The notes under the pieces were generated by a model that was not told where the DNA came from, did not search any database, and worked only from the letters and a program-made list of their open reading frames with translations. A stretch of 63,136 nt of DNA, filler included, from Chiloscyllium plagiosum (taxonomy: Eukaryota), in NCBI RefSeq assembly GCF_004010195.1. It is 6 parts of one record of this genome, joined end to end, with 100 filler letters (N's around TTAATTAATTAA, not from the genome) between each part and the next. Parts side by side here need not be neighbours in the genome. Positions count along the whole stretch, not along the records: positions 57,476 to 63,136 come from NC_057715.1; 5 more parts are not named here. One strand, 5' to 3'. A program made the position numbers and the translations under genes. Below, one piece after another: positions 62,756 to 63,136 of the stretch (its first letter is position 1; every line of letters begins with the position of its first letter).

Positions 62756-63136
62756 GTTCAAAGTTTGTGAGAAGATTTGTAGCTCGGATGCTCGTTGCTG
62801 TGGTTCTGTTCGCTGAGCTGGAAGTTTTTGTTGCAAACGTTTCGTCCCCTGTCTAGGTGACATCCTCAGTGCTTGGGAGCCTCCTGTGAAGCGCTTCTGT
62901 GATGTTTCCTCCGGCATTTATAGTGGTTTGTATCTGCCGCTTCCGGTTGTCGGTTCCAGCTGTCCGCTGCAGTGGCCAGTATATTGGTTCCAGGTCGATG
63001 TGTTTGTTGTTGGAGTTTGTGGATGAGTGCCAAGCTTCTAGGAATTCCCTGGCTGTTCTTTGTTTCGCTTGCCCTATAATGGTAGTGTTGTCCCAGCCAA
63101 ATTCATGTTGCTTGTCGCCTGCGTGTGTGGCTACTA
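62756..63136 (-). mobile_element. PLE family 3 (Penelope/Poseidon-like) GIY-YIG C-terminus + pLTR
   Basis: Minus strand encodes VATHAGDKQHEFGWDNTTIIGQAKQRTAREFLEAWHS...HIDLEPIY, followed by a hammerhead motif. Confidence 0.8.
62833..62872 (-). ncRNA. Minimal type-I hammerhead ribozyme motif
   Basis: GCA-CTGAGGA-T-GTCACCT(AGAC)AGGGGAC-GAAA-CG-TT-TGC: full core, helix II 6/7 bp, helix I GCA/TGC, palindromic ACGT. Confidence 0.65.

Overview
Eukaryotic, repeat-dominated intronic/intergenic DNA, almost certainly from a cartilaginous fish (shark). That assignment rests on recognised HE1/V-SINEs, Deu-domain SINEs and abundant CR1 LINEs; no search was run. The window is six contig pieces joined by five artificial 100-nt spacers (44 N + TTAATTAATTAA + 44 N). 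The only host coding sequence I can support is one 175-bp exon of FHL2 (LIM-domain protein) on the minus strand at 33255-33429. The rest is layered transposable elements: several CR1 LINE families, a second APE-RT LINE with a tRNA-like 5' head, L1, Tx1, L2, at least three Penelope-like element (PLE) families, a full-span pogo (POGK/Passer-type) DNA transposon, a Tigger-type MITE, two solo LTRs and SINEs. None of the long ORFs is intact. The most interesting signals concern PLEs: minimal hammerhead ribozyme cores in their pseudo-LTRs, a recurring inverted architecture bounded by 12-16 bp target-site duplications (TSDs), two near-identical copies sitting at the same 13-nt target (CCACAGCTGATCA), and a mosaic 1.5-kb cargo inside one TSD pair. 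Short locally templated insertions and a CR1 5'UTR monomer array rich in 5' splice-site motifs also stand out. I see no convincing novel protein-coding system. Family names come from motif recognition only, and boundaries of old elements are approximate.
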